A stretch of DNA of 63,672 nucleotides, filler included, from Octopus bimaculoides (lineage: Eukaryota): assembly GCF_001194135.2 (NCBI RefSeq). It is 4 parts of 4 records of this genome, joined end to end, with 100 filler letters (N's around TTAATTAATTAA, not from the genome) between each part and the next. Parts side by side here need not be neighbours in the genome. Positions count along the whole stretch, not along the records: positions 53,611 to 63,672 come from NW_026435104.1; 3 more parts are not named here. The stretch is one strand, 5' to 3'. Shown in pieces: positions 62,653 to 63,672 of this stretch (positions within the stretch are counted from its first letter, which is position 1; the number at the start of each line of letters is the position of its first letter). The translations under genes and the position numbers were made by a program. The notes below the pieces were generated by a model. The model was not told the origin of the DNA and did no database searches. It was given only the letters and a program-made list of their open reading frames with translations.

Positions 62653-62849
62653 TAGATATGTATACATGTACGTAATTTATATATACGCACATTCAGACGT
62701 AAACGCACATACACAATCACACACACATATTTTCTTAGACTTGTTTCAGTCATCTAACTGCGGCCATGCCGGAGCATACTGACAGAGAGATATGTATAGA
62801 AGCGCATACATAAATAAGATTCAGACGAACAACTATTTTGTTGGTATCC

Positions 62850-63260
62850 TTATCACCACCACCATCATCATCATCATCATTATCATCGTAGTCATCATCA
62901 TCATCATCATCATAATCGTCATCTACATCATAATCACCATCATCATCAGCAGCACCACCATCATGACAACTCCTCCACCAACTCTACCATCTACACGACG
63001 ACGACGACGACGACCACCACCACCACCACCACTTCCATCTTCATCACCTTTATATAATAATAATGATGATGATGATAATTATGATGATGATGATTAACAT
63101 TATTCTCATCTTCACTTTCATCATCATCATTATCATCATCACTATCATCATTATCATCACCATGCTTGTGTTTTACTATTGTTTTTTTGTTGTTGTTGCT
63201 GTCCTTGTTGTTGATGTTGTTGTTGAGGATGTTGATGTTGTTGCTGTTGTTGTCTTTGTT
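62850..63260. repeat. (CAT/CAC/GAT/GTT)n microsatellite field
   Basis: Direct reading. Confidence 0.9.
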
Positions 63261-63634
63261 TTTGTTTTATATTTTTACTGTCTTATTGTGCAACATTAAA
63301 CTAAAGCTGAATATTTGCCAACGAATGAAAATAAACGAAATCAAACGAGATTCCAAGCGAAAGAGAGCGAGAGCGAGAGAATGACAGAAAGAAAGAGAGG
63401 GAAAGAAGGAAAAGAGAGGACGAAAGAGGATGCGAGACAAGAAAGATATTATGTAAAGCTACGTATGGTGTCACAACAACTACGAGTTATGAATACTGCA
63501 ATATATTGTAAAGTCTATTTGTTTTGAAGCAGTTAATTTTAGTCGGACACGAAATATTAATAACTTGCGAGTGAAAGTATGAATGGCGTTAGATTTGAGA
63601 AGAGGAAAAGACAGGGAGACAGAAAGGGAAAAAG

Positions 63635-63672
<38 letters not shown>

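Noticed and set aside
2353-63527. Long ORF-track entries made of X, YI/CV/TH dipeptides or homopolymers
   Set aside because: They are translations of N gaps and microsatellites.

Overview
AT-rich, gap-ridden eukaryotic draft-scaffold DNA dominated by microsatellites and transposon relics. The tRNA-derived SINE families match, from recollection, the octopus OK/OR1/OR2 types, so the source is probably Octopus sp. (inference). Most ORF-track entries are microsatellite or N-gap artefacts. Two likely host genes stand out. One is a plus-strand ankyrin-repeat ORF with Fem-1-like repeats (49681-50586). The other is a small two-exon minus-strand gene (34063-33893 + 31953-31825) encoding a ~99-aa precursor: signal peptide, cationic Cys-rich domain and acidic tail, the layout of molluscan antimicrobial-peptide precursors. 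Mobile elements include a near-complete mariner, a DD36E Tc1 element, rosa-like, Tigger, hAT and Helitron fragments, HERO, R4/Dong-like, RTE, CR1/L2 and Tx1/L1-like LINE pieces, Penelope RT fragments and several foldback repeats. One foldback (59100-59460) carries a minimal type-I hammerhead ribozyme motif in each arm, and degenerate relatives occur elsewhere. A 1.8-kb array (55540-57370) has a conserved ~75-nt core with a YY1/Pho-type motif separated by variable CT-rich spacers. All calls come from manual reading; no database search was run.
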